Assembly: GCA_028709785.1 (NCBI GenBank) | Contig: JAQUTK010000001.1 | Location: forward strand, 147,845-211,844 | Direction of reading: 5' to 3' | Length of the DNA: 64,000 nt | Source: Bacteroidales bacterium | Lineage (GTDB): Bacteria > Bacteroidota > Bacteroidia > Bacteroidales > JAQUTK01 | Shown here: positions 63,250 to 64,000 of the stretch, one piece after another | How positions within the stretch are numbered: position 1 is the first letter of the stretch | Layout of the letters: the number at the start of each line of letters is the position of its first letter | Program-made: the position numbers and the translations under genes | Notes under the pieces: model-generated | The model's input: the letters and a program-made list of their open reading frames with translations, nothing else | What the model was told of the DNA's origin: nothing | The model's database searches: none

Positions 63250-64000
63250 ATGGCAAAACCGGATATTCAACAGATAAAACAACGCTTTGGTATTATAGGC
63301 ACTGCTCCCGGACTGAATAGAGCGATCGATATAGCCTTACAGGTTGCATCTACTGATCTTTCTGTCCTGATTACCGGAGAGAGCGGTGTGGGAAAGGAGT
63401 TTTTTCCTCAGATTATTCATCAGTTCAGTTACAGGAAACATGGCCCCTATATTGCTGTCAACTGTGGAGCCATTCCTGAAGGTACCATTGATTCCGAACT
63501 GTTTGGTCATGAGAAGGGATCTTTTACCGGTGCTTTAAATGACAGGAAAGGATACTTTGAAGTGGCTGATGGAGGAACCATTTTCCTGGATGAGGTTGGA
63601 GAGTTGCCATTGTCTACTCAGGCTCGCTTGCTTCGCGTACTCGAGACCGGAGAGTTTATCAAAGTGGGTTCCTCAAAGGTGCTAAAAACGAATGTACGGA
63701 TAGTGGCAGCGACCAATATGGTCATGAATGAGGCTGTTTCTACCGGACGGTTTCGTGAAGATTTGTATTATCGTTTGAATACGGTACCTATCCACGTTCC
63801 TGCCTTGCGCGAACGTGGAAGTGATGCGGCTCTGTTGTTCAGAAAGTTTGCGAGCGATTTTGCGGAAAAATACAGGATGCCTGCCATGCAATTGTCAGAC
63901 GATGCCAAATCCTTGTTAGTATCCTACCGCTGGCCGGGAAATATACGTCAACTCAAGAATATTACCGAACAGATCTCAATCATTGAAGAGGCCCGGGAGG
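63250..64000 (+). CDS. sigma-54-dependent transcriptional activator, N-terminal part (continues past the window end)
   Basis: My translation from ATG 63250 reads MAKPDIQQIKQRFGIIGTAPGLNRAID...VLITGESGVGKEFF...ELFGHEKGSFTGA...GTIFLDEVGEL, the AAA+ sigma-54 interaction domain with no receiver domain. It is open at the window edge, so it is absent from the ORF track. Confidence 0.85.
   Translation, partial: MAKPDIQQIKQRFGIIGTAPGLNRAIDIALQVASTDLSVLITGESGVGKEFFPQIIHQFSYRKHGPYIAVNCGAIPEGTIDSELFGHEKGSFTGALNDRKGYFEVADGGTIFLDEVGELPLSTQARLLRVLETGEFIKVGSSKVLKTNVRIVAATNMVMNEAVSTGRFREDLYYRLNTVPIHVPALRERGSDAALLFRKFASDFAEKYRMPAMQLSDDAKSLLVSYRWPGNIRQLKNITEQISIIEEARE

Overview
Chromosomal segment of a Bacteroidales (Bacteroidota) genome; the genus cannot be determined from sequence alone. 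Direct taxonomic cues are Bacteroides-type TAnnTTTG -7 promoter boxes upstream of many genes, a tmRNA with tag GETNYALAA, three proteins ending in type IX secretion (T9SS) C-terminal sorting domains, and rny-zapA, tamB-tamA and rlmN-lipoprotein-pdxA synteny. About two thirds is housekeeping: valS (partial), ruvX, def, lemA plus an M48 protease, an amidohydrolase, htpG, a patatin/beta-barrel protein, tRNA-Arg, a PiT phosphate transporter, an OmpR-type two-component pair, a metallophosphoesterase, ssrA, a GH76-like hydrolase, rny, zapA, an MTA/SAH-deaminase-like gene, tamB/tamA, ugd, rlmN, pdxA and a partial sigma-54 activator. Two accessory regions stand out. (1) At 1.5-10.6 kb there are three tandem paralogs of a secreted CotH-kinase-like T9SS cargo protein, each with its own promoter and terminator, carrying 0, 2 and 1 copies of an Ig-like+MBG-like module. 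(2) At about 29.7-49.9 kb there is a ~20-kb defence island with no integrase, lying between the core deaminase gene and tamB. It holds a complete type 1 BREX operon (brxA-brxB-brxC-[ABC-type ATPase + HNH nuclease]-pglX-pglZ-brxL). A low-GC, Septu-like two-gene module is nested inside that operon, and pglX is compositionally mosaic with a G7 tract. Beyond BREX come an HU-like gene with 21-bp phased repeats upstream, an IS-like remnant, dinD, a 42-codon hsdS stub and a low-GC UvrD-like helicase cassette that appears to have replaced the rest of a type I R-M locus. I found no CRISPR array, rRNA, integrase or intact transposase. All functional calls come from motif and family recognition by eye. 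No database, HMM or folding computation was possible, and the GC values are hand counts of 60-nt samples.
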